In this document: piece by piece, positions 47,759 through 57,694 of the stretch | Layout: each line of letters begins with the position of its first letter | How positions within the stretch are numbered: the first letter of the stretch is position 1 | Source of the DNA: an uncultured Actinomycetes bacterium | Lineage (GTDB): Bacteria > Actinomycetota > UBA4738 > HRBIN12 | Reading direction: 5' to 3' | DNA length: 64,000 nt | NCBI GenBank assembly: GCA_963825635.1 | Contig: CAWGTU010000003.1 | Location: forward strand, 779,812 to 843,811 | Notes under the pieces: generated by a model | What the model saw: only the letters and a program-made list of their open reading frames with translations | Told to the model about the DNA's origin: nothing | Databases searched by the model: none | Position numbers and translations under genes: made by a program

Positions 47759-49188
47759 TCAATCCTGCGAGAAGTAGATGTTCTTCACCTCCGTGTAGAG
47801 CTGCACGGCCGCCATGCCCATCTCGCGTCCGATGCCGCTGCGCTTGAACCCCCCGAACGGGGCCTCGGTGTGCACGCTCGAGGCCGAGTTCACGCTGAGG
47901 TTCCCGGTGCGGATGCCCTTGGCGACCCGGATCGCCCGGCCGAGGTCACGCGTCCAGATGGTGCCCGACAGGCCAAACGGCGAGTCGTTCGCGAGCCGGA
48001 TCGCCTCGTCCTCGGTGTCGAACGGGATCACGCAGACGACCGGGCCGAAGATCTCCTCCTGGGCGACCCGCCAGGCGTTGTCGACGTCGGCGAGCACGGC
48101 CGGGCGCATGAAGAAGCCGTCGCCGTCGGGCACGTCGCCGCCGGTGACGTGTCGCGCCCCCTCGTCGATGCCGATCGACAGGTAGTCGAGCGAGGTCTGC
48201 CGCTGCCCCGACGAGATCAGCGGCCCCATCTCGGTCGCGTCGTCGAGCGGCTGACCGACGGTGATCGCCTCGGTCCGTGCGACGAAACGCTCGAGGTACT
48301 CGTCGTAGACACCCCGCTGCACGAACTGGCGCGAGCGAGCGCAGCAGTCCTGCCCCGCGTTGTCGAAGACCGACCAGAGGGACTTCTCGACGCAGACGTC
48401 GAGGTCGGCGTCGTCGAAGACGACGTTGGCCGACTTGCCGCCGAGCTCGAGCGAGACGCGCGTGATGTTCGTCGCGGCAGTCTGCATCACCGACGTGCCG
48501 ACCTCGGTCGATCCCGTGAACGAGACCTTCGCGACGCGCGGATCGGCGATCAACGCGCTCGCCGTGCTGGATCCGGGCCCGGGCAGCACGCTCAGGGTGC
48601 CCTCGGGAAGCCCTGCCTCGTAGAGGATGTCGGCGAGCGCCAGCGCGGTGAGCGGGGTCTGCGATGCGGGCTTCACGACCGCGGTGTTGCCGCACGCGAG
48701 CGCGGGGGCGATCTTCCAGCTCGCGATCACCGCCGGGAAGTTCCACGGGGTGATCAGCGCACAGACGCCCACCGGCTCGCGCAGGGTGACGTCGAGCCCG
48801 GGCGGCACGATCGGGATCGTCTCGCCGGTGATCTTGTTCGCGGCCCCGCCCCAGTACTCGAAGACGTTGGCGACGATGTCGATCTCGCCGCGGGCCGCCG
48901 AGATCGGCTTGCCCCCGTTGCGGGCCTCGAGCTCCGCGAGCCTCTCCTGGTGCTCCCGGACCAGGAAGGAGGCCTTCGTCAGCACCCGACCACGCTCGCG
49001 GGCCGACAGCCGGGGCCACGCGCCCTCCTCGAAGGCCCGGGTCGCGACGTCGACGGCCCGGGTCGCATCCTGCGCGGCCCCCGTGGCCACCTCCGCCATC
49101 GGCGCCCCGCTCGCCGGCTCGACCACGTGGACGGTCGCCCCATCGAGGGCCTCCACGCGCTCGCCGCCCAACACGATCAGCTCGCTCA
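47759..49188 (-). CDS. NAD(P)-dependent aldehyde dehydrogenase
   Basis: Catalytic motifs ELGGKS and ...GQDCCA... are present. GGGAGG RBS. The real start is inside a spurious 812-aa ORF. Confidence 0.85.
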
Positions 49189-49273
49189 TCGGGTCGCCTC
49201 CCTCGCACTCGACGCGCGCATCGTAGACCCAGGGCGTACCCTTCGGCCGTTCGGAACGACGGGAGGCTGTGCG

Positions 49274-50041
49274 ATGCGACTCGACGGCAAGGTGGCCCTG
49301 ATCACCGGGGGCGGCAGCGGGATGGGCAAGGTGGCGGCCGAGCTGTTCGCGAGCGAGGGCGCGAACGTCGTGCTCACCGACGTGAACGACGAGGCCGGTG
49401 AGGCCACGGCGGCGGCGATCGGCGATCGGGCGCTCTACGTGCACGCCGACGTCTCGAAGGAGACCGACGCCGAGTCGATGGTCGGCGCCGCGGTCGAGCG
49501 GTTCGGCCGGCTCGACGTGCTCTACAACAACGCCGGCATCATGCCGCTCGACGACGGGTCGGTGACCGACGCCGACGGGTCGATCTGGGACACCGTGCTC
49601 GCGGTGAACGTGAAGGGCGTGATGTTCGGCTGCAAGTTCGGCATCCCCGCGATGCTCGAGACCGGCGGCGGCTCGATCATCAACGTGGCGTCGTTCGTCG
49701 CGTGGCTCGGCGCGGCGACGTCGCAGACCGCCTACACCGCGTCGAAGGGCGCCGTGCTTGCGATGACCCGCGAGATCGCGGTCGAGTACGCGCGCAAGGG
49801 CATCCGCTGCAACGCGCTCTGCCCCGGTCCGATCGAGACGCCGCTGCTGCTCGCCCTGCTGTCGGACGAGGCGAAGAAGCAGCGCCGCTTCGTGCACATC
49901 CCCATGGGGCGGCTCGGGCACGCCGAGGAGCTCGCGAAGGCGGCGCTGTTCCTCGCGAGCGACGACTCGAGCTACATGACGGGCTCGAGCCTGATCGTCG
50001 ACGGCGGCATCACCGCGGCCTACGTCACCCCCGAGGACTGA
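49274..50041 (+). CDS. SDR family oxidoreductase
   Basis: TGGGSGMG cofactor motif, NNAG, and catalytic Y-x3-K (YTASK). GGGAGG RBS. Confidence 0.85.
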   Translation: MRLDGKVALITGGGSGMGKVAAELFASEGANVVLTDVNDEAGEATAAAIGDRALYVHADVSKETDAESMVGAAVERFGRLDVLYNNAGIMPLDDGSVTDADGSIWDTVLAVNVKGVMFGCKFGIPAMLETGGGSIINVASFVAWLGAATSQTAYTASKGAVLAMTREIAVEYARKGIRCNALCPGPIETPLLLALLSDEAKKQRRFVHIPMGRLGHAEELAKAALFLASDDSSYMTGSSLIVDGGITAAYVTPED

Positions 50042-50048
50042 GCCAGGC

Positions 50049-51569
50049 TCAGGTGCCGAAGACCGGGCGCAGGGCTCCGTACACCGCACGGTAGCGCCCG
50101 TAGGCATCGTCGTACGCCTCGCGGTTGACGTCGTCGGGCTCGTGCACGTCGGGACGGAACCGGACGAACGCTTCGACCGCGTCGGACACGTTCGCATGCA
50201 CGCCGGCGCCGACCGCGGCGAGGATCGCCGCTCCGGTCGCCGTCGTCTCGACCGACTCGGGCACGCGCACCGGCAGCCCCGTCACATCGGCCTTGATCTG
50301 TCGCCACAACGGACCCTTCGCGCCGCCGCCGACGATCACGAGCCGGCGCACGTCGAGGCCTGCGTTGCGCATCGCGTCGAGGATGTCGCGCAGCGCGAAC
50401 GCGCTGCCCTCGAGGATGGCGCGGGTCATGTGGTCGCGCGTGTGTGCGAGCGTGAGTCCGTAGAAGACGCCGCGGGCGGCTCCGTTCCATTCCGGGGCCA
50501 TCGCGCCCTGCATGCACGGCAGGAACACGAGCCCCTCGGCGCCGGGATCGACGTGGCCCGCTTCCACCGACAGGAAGTCGTACGCGTCGCCGAGGCCCAC
50601 GGCCTCCGCGTCGCGCTCGACCTGCGCGAACTGGTCGCGCCACCACCGCAGGTTGCCGCCCGACACGAACCCCGGGTTCTCGAGCAGCCACGCGTCGGGA
50701 TCGGCGTGCGGATGACACTCGACCAACATCGTCGGGTCCTCGCGAGGCTCGTCGCTCGCGGCGCAGACGGGTTCGGCGGTGCCGACGACGTCGCACACGT
50801 CGCCGGGCGCGTACACGCCGGCACCGAGCGTGGCGGCCATCTCGTCGCCGCAGCCGAGCGCCACGATGGTCGCGGGGTCGAGCCCGCTGGCCTCTGCGAA
50901 CGAAGCGGTGATCGGACCGACCGCCTGGGTCCCGGCGCCGAGCTCGGGCAGCATCGCCGCGTCGATCCCGGTGGCGGCGAGCGCACGATCGGACCATGCA
51001 CGCGTGCGCGGGTCCAGGAGCGCCAAGGACGACGCGTTCGAGTAGTCGACGGCCAGGGTCCCCGTCGCATGCCGGAGCACGTAGCTGCCGGGCGGCATGA
51101 TGTGGGCTGCCCGGCTCCACGCATCGGGACGCTCGTCGCGGACCCACATCGCCTTGAACACCGCGTGCGACGAGTCGAGGTTCGCGCCGACGGCAGCGTA
51201 GAAGTCCGCCGGTGAGATCTCCTCGGCGAGGGCCGCAGCCTGCGCCTCGGCGCGCCGGTCCATCCAGATCATGGCCGGGTACAGCGGCGCCCCAGACCCG
51301 TCGACGACGACCATGCCGTCGAGCTGCGAGCCGAAGGAGAGCCCGCGGATCGCGCCGGCACCGTCAGGACACTCGGCCACCAGGCGCCGGCACGCGCGCT
51401 CGACGGCGGCGTTCCAGTCGTCGGGGTCTTGCTCGGCCCATCCCGGCGATGGGTACGACAGGTCATAGGTCTCGTAGGCGCTGGCGATCAACTCGCCGTC
51501 GTCGCGGTAGAGCGCCGCGTTCGTCCCCTGGCTGCCGACGTCACAGCCGATCACGTAGGACGCGGTCAC
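50049..51569 (-). CDS. FGGY family carbohydrate kinase (xylulokinase/rhamnulokinase-like)
   Basis: FGGY N- and C-domains (VIGCDVGSQGTNAAL, ...VIVGGGAKGPLW). The GTG start overlaps the upstream dehydrogenase stop (GTGA). Confidence 0.8.
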   Translation of the reverse strand: MTASYVIGCDVGSQGTNAALYRDDGELIASAYETYDLSYPSPGWAEQDPDDWNAAVERACRRLVAECPDGAGAIRGLSFGSQLDGMVVVDGSGAPLYPAMIWMDRRAEAQAAALAEEISPADFYAAVGANLDSSHAVFKAMWVRDERPDAWSRAAHIMPPGSYVLRHATGTLAVDYSNASSLALLDPRTRAWSDRALAATGIDAAMLPELGAGTQAVGPITASFAEASGLDPATIVALGCGDEMAATLGAGVYAPGDVCDVVGTAEPVCAASDEPREDPTMLVECHPHADPDAWLLENPGFVSGGNLRWWRDQFAQVERDAEAVGLGDAYDFLSVEAGHVDPGAEGLVFLPCMQGAMAPEWNGAARGVFYGLTLAHTRDHMTRAILEGSAFALRDILDAMRNAGLDVRRLVIVGGGAKGPLWRQIKADVTGLPVRVPESVETTATGAAILAAVGAGVHANVSDAVEAFVRFRPDVHEPDDVNREAYDDAYGRYRAVYGALRPVFGT

Positions 51570-52621
51570 GGCACGATCACCATCTTCAGGCCGCTGCCGG
51601 AGCGGATCGTCTCGAACGCCTCGGCGATCTGCTCCAAGGGCCACCGGTGCGTGACGACCGCGGCGAGCAGCTCCTGCTTGCGGTCGAGGTAGTCCATCGT
51701 GATGCGGTACTGACGATGAGTGGCGCCGTACGCGCCACGGATGTCGAGCTCCTTGTAGTGCAGCTCGTTCATGTCGAGCGGGCTGACCGGATCGTGCTTG
51801 GGCAGCCCGGCGAAGTAGACGACCTTGGCGCGCTTCGCGGCCATCTCGAGCGCGGCCTGCTGGGCGGGTTTGGCGGGAGCCGCGACGCTCACCCGCTCGG
51901 CGCCGTGCCCGCCGGTGCGGGAGAGCACCTCCTCGACGCCGTTGTCGTCGCCGGCGACCCACGAGTCGTCGACCACATGCCCGACGGCGTCGAGCGCGAT
52001 CTTCAGCCGATCGCCCGAGACGTCGGTGAGGTAGACCCGCGACGCGCCTCGGTCTCGGGCCATCACCGCCTGCCAGCATCCGATCGGGCCCGTGCCGAGG
52101 ATCACGACCGTGTCGCCCAGTCGCACGTCGAGCTGCTCGACGCCGTTCAGCGCGCACGCGAACGGGTCGGCAACGGTGGCGAGGTCGCTCGGCAGCTCGG
52201 GCGGCAACGGGATCAGGTTCTTCATCGCGATCGGCGGCACGGCCGCCACCTCGGCATAGGCCCCCGGATACGGGTCGTAGCCGTACAGCAGGTGGTGTTC
52301 GCACAGGTTCTGGAAGCCCTCGAGGCACCAGCGGCACTCCCCGCACGTGAGGATCGACCCGAGGAACACCCGGTCGCCCTGCGCGACGCCGGGCGGCAGG
52401 TCGGCCTGGGGGCCGACCTGTTCCAGCACGCCGACCGGCTCGTGGCCGAGCTGCCACGGTGACGGCGCCTTCGGGTCGCCGTTGAAGAACGTGCGGGCGT
52501 CGGTGCCGCAGATGCCGCACGCCTCGACCCGCAGGAGCGCCCCGGCAGGATCGAGCTCGGGCTCGGCCGCGTCGTCACGCACCTCGACCGCGTTGACGTC
52601 GGTCATGAACGCCGCGCGCAT
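51566..52621 (-). CDS. Zn-dependent MDR dehydrogenase (sorbitol/threonine dehydrogenase-like)
   Basis: Catalytic Zn site CGICGTD...GHE, structural Zn site C-x2-C-x2-C-x7-C (CGECRWCLEGFQNLC), and Rossmann GTGPIG. The start may be the internal ATG at 52606. Confidence 0.8.
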   Translation of the reverse strand: MRAAFMTDVNAVEVRDDAAEPELDPAGALLRVEACGICGTDARTFFNGDPKAPSPWQLGHEPVGVLEQVGPQADLPPGVAQGDRVFLGSILTCGECRWCLEGFQNLCEHHLLYGYDPYPGAYAEVAAVPPIAMKNLIPLPPELPSDLATVADPFACALNGVEQLDVRLGDTVVILGTGPIGCWQAVMARDRGASRVYLTDVSGDRLKIALDAVGHVVDDSWVAGDDNGVEEVLSRTGGHGAERVSVAAPAKPAQQAALEMAAKRAKVVYFAGLPKHDPVSPLDMNELHYKELDIRGAYGATHRQYRITMDYLDRKQELLAAVVTHRWPLEQIAEAFETIRSGSGLKMVIVP

Positions 52622-53449
52622 CTACGCCGTCTCCTGCCGCAGCGCGTCCAGCGCCTTCTCGGCCGTCCATCGGTCGCGGATCACGCGTGAGAGCGCCCGC
52701 GTGATCGCCTCGGGGTTCGCGTGCATGAAGATGTTCCGCCCGACCGAGCAGCCGATCGCCCCGGCGGCCATCGCCTGTTCCATGCGGGTGAGCAGCTCGT
52801 CGTCCCCGAGGCGAGAGCCGCCGGCGAGCACGACGGGGATGCCGTTGGCCGCCTCGACGCACTTGCCGAACGAATCCTGATCGCCTGGCCAGTTCGTCTT
52901 CACGATGTCGGCGCCGAGCTCGGCACACAGACGCACGTTGCGCCGCAGGTACTCGAACCCGTACTGCTGCTTCAGCTCCTCGACGGTCGCGTACGTCGTC
53001 GGGAACTCGGCCTCGGCGATGAACGGCATGCCGAGGATCGCGCATTCTCGACCCACCGCCGACAGGATGTCGATCATGCCGGCCTCGGTGTCGCCGCCGA
53101 GGGCGGTGAACAGCACCACGGCATCGGCACCCAGCGTCAGGGCCTCTTCGACCTCGGCGATCTGCACGATCTCGGGCCGGTCGCCGTCGGGCGAGGCGCT
53201 CGCCGAGAGGAGCAACGCGAGCGACGTGGTCGGGGAGAATCCCTCGGCCGCGATCCGGATCATGCCCTTGCTCATCATGATCACGTTCGAGCCACCGGCG
53301 ACCGCTTCGCGCGTGCGTTGCGTGATGTCGGCCAGCGGTTCGAGGAACGTCGGCGAGGTCATCCCGTGATCGAGAGCACAGATCACGGAGACGCCCTCGC
53401 GGTCGATCACGCGCTTGAGCCGCATCGCCTTGCCGACGTCGGTCATCAT
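52622..53449 (-). CDS. class I aldolase, DhnA/FbaB family (fructose-bisphosphate-aldolase-like)
   Basis: DhnA-type TIM-barrel aldolase length and motifs (ICALDHG, ...DIVKTNWPGD). Confidence 0.75.
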   Translation of the reverse strand: MMTDVGKAMRLKRVIDREGVSVICALDHGMTSPTFLEPLADITQRTREAVAGGSNVIMMSKGMIRIAAEGFSPTTSLALLLSASASPDGDRPEIVQIAEVEEALTLGADAVVLFTALGGDTEAGMIDILSAVGRECAILGMPFIAEAEFPTTYATVEELKQQYGFEYLRRNVRLCAELGADIVKTNWPGDQDSFGKCVEAANGIPVVLAGGSRLGDDELLTRMEQAMAAGAIGCSVGRNIFMHANPEAITRALSRVIRDRWTAEKALDALRQETA

Positions 53450-54180
53450 CAGGATCTCCTCCCCGGCCCGCGTCGGACCACGGTGAACTCGAATGCCTCC
53501 GCGAGGTGGTGCTCGTGGGAGAGCAGGAGCGGCTCGCCCTCGCGCCCGTAGTCGATCTGGCGCAGGTACAGCAACGAGGCACCGCTCTTCACGCCGAGCC
53601 GCTTGGCCAGGCCACGATCGGCACGCGCCGGCTCGACGGTCACGACGCCGTGTTCGACCGGCGTGCCGTGGCGCTCGAACAGTTCATAGACGGAGCCATC
53701 GAGCGGCATCGACGAGAGCTCGGTGGCCGCGACCCGCACGGCCGACACCACGTCCACGGAGAGCACGACCGGATCGCCGTCCGCCGTGCGCACCCGTTCC
53801 AGCCGCACGACCGGATCGCCGGGATGCAGGTCGAGGCTCGCCGCCTCGTCGTCGGTGGCGCCGTCGGTGTACACGGCCCCCTGGCTCGTCCCGGGCTCCA
53901 TGCCGGCGGCGCGGATCGCCTCGGTCACACCGAAGTTCACGTCGAGGTTGTTCCGCAGTCTCGGCCGGTGGGTCGCGTACGTGCCCGCACCACGGGTCCG
54001 CGTGACGAACCCGTCCTCCTCGAGCGAGCGGAGCGCTTCACGCAGGGTCGGGCGAGAGACCCCCATCTCCTCGGCGAGCTCCGGCTCGGGAGGAAACTTC
54101 GATCCGGGCGGGATCCTTCCGGTCGCGATACGCGACAAGAGGTCGTCTCGTACCCGGAACGACAACCGCTTCCTCGCCAC
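53449..54180 (-). CDS. GntR family transcriptional regulator (HutC/FadR-like with UTRA/effector domain)
   Basis: N-terminal wHTH (LAEEMGVSRPTLREALRSLEEDGFV). GTG start at 54180. The stop overlaps the aldolase start (ATGA). Confidence 0.75.
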   Translation of the reverse strand: MARKRLSFRVRDDLLSRIATGRIPPGSKFPPEPELAEEMGVSRPTLREALRSLEEDGFVTRTRGAGTYATHRPRLRNNLDVNFGVTEAIRAAGMEPGTSQGAVYTDGATDDEAASLDLHPGDPVVRLERVRTADGDPVVLSVDVVSAVRVAATELSSMPLDGSVYELFERHGTPVEHGVVTVEPARADRGLAKRLGVKSGASLLYLRQIDYGREGEPLLLSHEHHLAEAFEFTVVRRGPGRRS

Positions 54181-54210
54181 ATCAGCCCCCTCGTCGTGAT
54201 CGCAGATTAG

Positions 54211-54235
54211 TTTGTCTGACAAAGATCTGTCAAAA
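54211..54235. promoter_or_regulatory. palindromic putative GntR operator TTTGTCTGACAAA followed by half-site GATCTGTCAAAA
   Basis: TTTGTC-T-GACAAA (a 6-1-6 inverted repeat, 54211..54223) is followed by the half-site TGTCAAA (54228..54234). It lies directly upstream of the gntR start and in the divergent promoter region of the small membrane protein gene. Confidence 0.35.
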
Positions 54236-54259
54236 TGCGGTTCGCCGTAGCATGGGCGG

Positions 54260-54544
54260 ATGGACGTGCTCAGCGTCGGCGTGCCGGTGGTCACGGGTCC
54301 CGCCCAGGGCTGGAACTTCTGGCCGATCCTCGGGATCCCGCTGGCCCTGCTCGTTTCCCTGCGATGGCTGCGGCTCCGCGCCAGCGTGTGGGTCGTGGTC
54401 GGATCGATCCTCGTTGGATTGCTCTTGGCCGACGCGGTGGCCTGGTGGGGGGTCGTCCCGGCCATCGCACTCGCCGCGGTGGCGATCCTGGTCGCGGCGA
54501 TCGCACGCCGTTGGAACGGACGAAGACCGGTCTCGGACGTTTGA
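54260..54544 (+). CDS. hypothetical small membrane protein (94 aa, 3 TM)
   Basis: Hydrophobic ORF between two copies of the TTGTCTG(A/T)CAA motif. Confidence 0.45.
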   Translation: MDVLSVGVPVVTGPAQGWNFWPILGIPLALLVSLRWLRLRASVWVVVGSILVGLLLADAVAWWGVVPAIALAAVAILVAAIARRWNGRRPVSDV

Positions 54545-54553
54545 CAGACAAAC
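54541..54553. promoter_or_regulatory. second copy of the GntR-type operator motif (TTGACAGACAA = reverse complement TTGTCTGTCAA)
   Basis: One mismatch relative to the 54211 site. It sits upstream of the Eat permease gene. Confidence 0.3.
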
Positions 54554-54616
54554 CCCTTTTATGTCTCCATACCGACTGTCCGCGCGACGGGGGGTCGCCG
54601 GGAGGGAGGGTGACGC

Positions 54617-56224
54617 ATGTCCGAGCGTAAGGTCGGATCGGTCACGTACCGAGAGGTCGGCGAGGGCTACTTCGAGGAACGAGGGCTCCGGCGCCACGCC
54701 GGCGTGTGGTCCCTCTGGGCACTCGGGGTCGGCGCCGTCATCTCGGGCGACTACTACGGATGGAACTTCGGTCTATCCGTCGGAGGCTTCGGGGGACTGC
54801 TGATCGCGACGATCATCATCGCGGTCATGTACTACGGGCTCTGCTACAGCATCGCGGAGATGTCCCCGGCACTCCCGCATACCGGAGGCGCGTACTCGTT
54901 CGCGCGTTCGGCCATGGGTCCATGGGGTGGGTTCCTCACGGGCCTCGCCGAGAACGCCGAGTACGTGATCACGACCGCCGTGGTCGGCGGGGCGATCGCG
55001 CTGCTGGCGCAATCGACGATCGCGGACCTGTTCAACATCGTCGGCGATCCATTCTGGAACAGCGAGCCGTTCTGGTGGGCGGTCTTCTACGTCGTGTTCC
55101 TCGCGATCAACATCAGCGGCGTCGAGGCCACGTTCCGCTTCACGGTCGGCATCACGGTCGTCGCGATGGGCATCCTGATCGTGTTCTACGTCGCGGCGCT
55201 CGTGAGCGGAGAGTTCAGCCCGGATCTCTGGTTCAACATCGCCGAGGGAGGCGGAGAGGCGCCGGCCGGCGACGGCTCGTTCCTGCCGTTCGGCGTCAGC
55301 GGCATCTTCAAAGCTTTGCCGTTCGCGATCTGGTTCTACCTCGCGATCGAGGAGGTGCCGCTCGCGGCCGAGGAGTCCATGGACCCCCGGCGCGACGTGC
55401 CCAAGGGCACGATCCGCGGCATGCACACGCTGCTGCTGCTCAGCATCGGCACCCTGCTCCTCAACTCGGGCGTGGGTGGCGGCGCGCTCGCGATCGGCGA
55501 GTCGGGCACCCCGCTGTTCGACGGCTTCAAGGCGATCTTCGGCGACAACACCGGCGCCGTGCTGCTCGGCATGATGGGGCTGATCGGCCTGATCGCGAGC
55601 TTCTTCACGATCATGTACGCGTACGGGAGGAACACCTACTCGCTGTCGCGAGCCGGGTACTTCCCGAAGTTCCTGTCGGTGACGCACAAGACGCGGAAGA
55701 CACCGCACGTCGCGCTGATCGCCGGCGCGATCGTCGGCTACGCCGTGCTGTGGGTCGTCTGGTACCTCGGCAGGCAGGAGGGAGACCTCGGCGCGCAGGT
55801 CGTGGCCGCGGTGCTGAACATGGCCGTCTTCGCCGCGGTGCTCGCCTACACGCTGCAGGCGATCTCGTTCGTGCTGCTTCGGCGCAATCTGCCGAACATC
55901 GACCGGCCGTACGTCAGCCCGTGGGGTCAGGCGGGAGCGATGCTGGCAGGCGTGATCGCGGTGATCGCGTTGGTGTCGATCTTCCTCAACGAGGACTACC
56001 GGCCCGGCGTGTACGGCGTCGCCGTCTACTTCGTTCTGGGAATCCTCTACTTCGCGATCGCGGGCAGGCACCGCCTGGTGCTCTCCCCCGAAGAGGAGTT
56101 CGCCCTGACGCAGGGTGAGAAGGGCGTGCCCGAGGAAGCCGGGTTCAGCACCTCGGCGTCAGAGCAGGAGGCGATCCTGCGCGGGGGTGACGGCGGGTCG
56201 TCGACACCGCCGCCGTCCGGCTAG
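54617..56224 (+). CDS. eat: APC-family amino-acid/ethanolamine permease (Eat/EutP-type)
   Basis: N-terminal YFEERGLRRHAGVWSLWALGVGAVISGDYYGWNFG is typical of ethanolamine permeases. 12 TM APC fold. Confidence 0.75.
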   Translation: MSERKVGSVTYREVGEGYFEERGLRRHAGVWSLWALGVGAVISGDYYGWNFGLSVGGFGGLLIATIIIAVMYYGLCYSIAEMSPALPHTGGAYSFARSAMGPWGGFLTGLAENAEYVITTAVVGGAIALLAQSTIADLFNIVGDPFWNSEPFWWAVFYVVFLAINISGVEATFRFTVGITVVAMGILIVFYVAALVSGEFSPDLWFNIAEGGGEAPAGDGSFLPFGVSGIFKALPFAIWFYLAIEEVPLAAEESMDPRRDVPKGTIRGMHTLLLLSIGTLLLNSGVGGGALAIGESGTPLFDGFKAIFGDNTGAVLLGMMGLIGLIASFFTIMYAYGRNTYSLSRAGYFPKFLSVTHKTRKTPHVALIAGAIVGYAVLWVVWYLGRQEGDLGAQVVAAVLNMAVFAAVLAYTLQAISFVLLRRNLPNIDRPYVSPWGQAGAMLAGVIAVIALVSIFLNEDYRPGVYGVAVYFVLGILYFAIAGRHRLVLSPEEEFALTQGEKGVPEEAGFSTSASEQEAILRGGDGGSSTPPPSG

Positions 56225-56297
56225 ACGAAAAGAACGGCTGGATCGAGGACGCGGCGGCCGGCAACGGCCGCCGCGTCCGTGTCGGCAGTGAGGAGGG

Positions 56298-57684
56298 GTG
56301 ATGGAGCAGCAAGGCTTGCTCGACGCGGAAGAGCTCGAAGGACGCGCGAACGCCGGCGAGATCGACACCGTCCTGTGCATGTTCACCGACCTGCAGGGCC
56401 GGTTCATGGGCAAGAGGCGTGCTGCCCGACTTCTTCCTGCACGAGATCCTGGGCGAGGAAGGCCTGCACGCCTGCCTCTACCTGCTCGCGATCGACATGG
56501 AGATGGAGCCGCTCCCCGGCTACGAGTACGCGAGCTGGGAGACCGGGTACGGCGACTTCCGCATGGTGCCCGACATGTCGACCCTGCGGTGGTGCCCATG
56601 GCTCGAGAAGACCGTGATGGTGATCTGCGACATCGCCGACGAGGAGACCGGGGAACCGGTCGAGGTCGCGCCGCGCACGATCCTCAAGCGACAGATCGAG
56701 CGAGCGGCGAAGGCCGGCTACACGATCAAGACGGGGTCCGAGCTCGAGTTCTACCTGTTCAAGGACGGCTACGACGAGCTCGCGGAGCGCGGCTACCGCG
56801 ACCCCAGGCCGTCGTCGAGCTACATCATGGACTACCACATGCTCCAGACCACCAAGGACGAGTGGATCATCCGCCAGATCCGCAACGGCATGCGGGGGGC
56901 GGGCATCCCGGTGGAGTTCTCGAAGGGCGAGTTCGGCAAGGGTCAGCACGAGATCAACATCACCTACGCCGACGCGCTCACGACGGCCGACTATCACGTG
57001 CTCTACAAGCACGGGGTCAAGGAGATCTGCGCCGCCAACGGCGTGGCCGCCACGTTCATGGCGAAGTGGACGATGGACGAGGCGGGCTCCTCGTGCCACA
57101 TGCATTCGAGCGTGTGGAACGCGAAGGGCACGAAGTCGCTGATGTACGACGAGAAGGGCGAGCACCACCTCTCCGAGACCTACCGCCACTACATGGGCGG
57201 TCTCATGGCAACCGCGCGCGAGATGTCGTTCATGTTCGCGCCGTTCGTGAACTCGTACAAGCGCTACCAGCTCGGCTCGTGGGCGCCGACGGCCATCGTG
57301 TGGAGCCGCGACAACCGCACGTGCGGGTTCCGCACCGTCGGCGAGCACACCGGCGCGCGTGTGGAGAACCGCATCCCTGGTGGCGACGTGAACCCCTACC
57401 TCGCGTACGCGGCGACGATCGCCGGAGGGATGTACGGCCTCGAGAACGAGATCGAGCCGCCCGCGATGTTCAAGGGCAACGCGTACGAGGCCAAGCGGGT
57501 GCCGAGGGTGCCGACGAGTCTTCACGAGGCGATCGACGTGTTCCGCAGGAGCAAGGTCGCCAAGGAAGCGTTCGGCGACTTCGTGTTCGGGCACCTGCTG
57601 AACACGGCCGTGCAGGAGCAGGCGATCTTCGACAACCTCTGCATCACCGACTGGGAGATGACCAGGTACTTCGAACGCGGCTGA
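56298..57684 (+). pseudogene. glutamine synthetase family protein (GlnA3/GlnA4/PuuA-like gamma-glutamyl ligase), apparent +1 frameshift
   Basis: The first 39 codons (MMEQQGLLDAEELEGRANAGEIDTVLCMFTDLQGRFMGKR) are in frame 0, and the remainder (VLPDFFLHEILGEEGLHAC... to the stop at 57684) is in frame 1. The junction is at about 56415-56419; deleting 1 nt in aagaggCgtg gives ...GRFMGKRVLPDFF... The GS catalytic domain is intact downstream (EFGKGQHEINI, GSSCHMHSSVW). GAGGAGG RBS. Confidence 0.7.
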
Positions 57685-57694
57685 ACGCGTCCCG

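Noticed and set aside
47318-50041. 907-aa ORF
   Set aside because: Only the C-terminal 255 codons (from ATG 49274, with a GGGAGG RBS) form the SDR. The upstream part is antisense to the GreA and ALDH genes.
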